A stretch of DNA of 64,000 bases, taken from contig CAZVCJ010000004.1 of the NCBI GenBank assembly GCA_964625745.1, forward strand, positions 1,289-65,288, read 5' to 3'. This DNA comes from an uncultured Anaerolineae bacterium. GTDB lineage: Bacteria; Chloroflexota; Anaerolineae; VGOG01. The translations under genes and the position numbers were made by a program. This document shows positions 63,374-64,000 of this stretch, piece by piece (the first letter of the stretch is position 1; each line of letters opens with the position of its first letter). The notes under the pieces are model-generated. The model saw only the letters and a program-made list of their open reading frames with translations, ran no database searches and was not told where the DNA came from.

Positions 63374-64000
63374 CAGGCTATGCCCTCCTTGCCCAGATAG
63401 GCATCAATGACCCTGGGATTGCTTCGGATTTCTTCCGGGGAGCCCTCGGCGATGACTTCTCCAAAGTCCAGGGTCTGAATGATCTCGCAGAGGTCCATGA
63501 CTACTTTCATCCTGTGCTCAATGAGGAAGATGGTCAACCCTAACTCATCTCTTACCCGCCGAATGACTTCCATCATCTCAACCAGCTCTTCCGGGTTCAT
63601 CCCTGCGGTAGGCTCGTCCAGGAGCAACAACTGGGGTTCAGAAGCCAGCGCCCTGGCTATCTCTACCCTTCTCTGGACGCCGTAGGGCAGGTTGATCACC
63701 ACCTGGTCCGCCAGGTGTCGGATCCCTACCATATCCAGAAGGTCATAGGCCATCTTTTCGCTCTTGGCTTCTTCCCTGTGGCGCTGACCTGTGCCGAAGA
63801 AGGCGCCGATCAATCCGTAGTGGATCTTCGAATAGCGGGCCAGCTTCACGTGATCCAGGACGGTCATGTGCCTCCACAGGCGTAGGGTCTGGAATGTCCG
63901 GCAGACGCCCTGGGCAGCGATCTGGTAAGGCTGAAGGCCCACCAAATTCTGACCATTAAAGATGATTTCCCCCTCAGTAGGCTGGTAGATGCCTGTGATG
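63373..64000 (-). CDS. livG: branched-chain amino acid ABC transporter ATP-binding protein (N-terminus beyond the right edge)
   Basis: The frame stays open to the window edge (...ITGIYQPTEGEIIFNGQNLVGLQPYQIA). LPYGVQRRVEIARAL, LLLLDEPTAGM. Stop overlaps the livF start. Confidence 0.9.
   Translation of the reverse strand, partial: ITGIYQPTEGEIIFNGQNLVGLQPYQIAAQGVCRTFQTLRLWRHMTVLDHVKLARYSKIHYGLIGAFFGTGQRHREEAKSEKMAYDLLDMVGIRHLADQVVINLPYGVQRRVEIARALASEPQLLLLDEPTAGMNPEELVEMMEVIRRVRDELGLTIFLIEHRMKVVMDLCEIIQTLDFGEVIAEGSPEEIRSNPRVIDAYLGKEGIA

Overview
This is a GC-rich bacterial chromosomal segment. Gene content and repeat families look Chloroflexota (Anaerolineae/Caldilineae-like), but that is inference only.

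Gene content, left to right:
- a small accessory patch with toxin-antitoxin (TA) remnants and a duplicated ~107-nt non-coding element (1-1.7 kb)
- a two-gene, archaeal-type glutamate-synthase-like pair
- an M24 peptidase, a DUF456 membrane protein, a secreted subtilase homologue that appears to lack 3 of 4 catalytic residues, and a secreted Reg_prop beta-propeller protein
- polA, followed directly by a nearly complete histidine cluster (hisZ-G-C-B-[GxxExxY]-H-A-F-I-E ... purH-hisD)
- hicBA, argS and tRNA-Val(TAC)
- one 13.7-kb ORF (4568 aa) encoding a membrane-embedded giant surface protein
- an MDR dehydrogenase and TA-like remnants
- a glycine-cleavage operon headed by a SHMT-GcvT fusion ORF
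- an RCC1 mini-protein, a DUF5615/DUF433 TA pair and an unknown 384-aa protein
- alr, a dihydropyrimidinase-like gene, a COG2403-like gene, an ornithine carbamoyltransferase (OTC), and livF/livG

I saw no rRNA, CRISPR array, transposase, integrase or phage genes.

The most unusual signal is at sequence level. Several families of short repeats sit in-frame, without stop codons, inside otherwise conserved housekeeping ORFs and at gene or domain junctions. They are period-7 tandem arrays, nested C7/G7 palindromes and 'ccttcgg...caggcc' modules. Hosts include gcvPA, gcvPB, glyA-gcvT, hisA, hisC, hisZ, alr, the GltS-like genes, the dehydrogenase, the subtilase and the giant ORF.

A second recurring signal is a short [YF][LV]PL[LVI][FLM][KR] motif at or near the C-terminus of four unrelated signal-peptide proteins.

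All functional calls come from motif recognition by eye. No database search was run.
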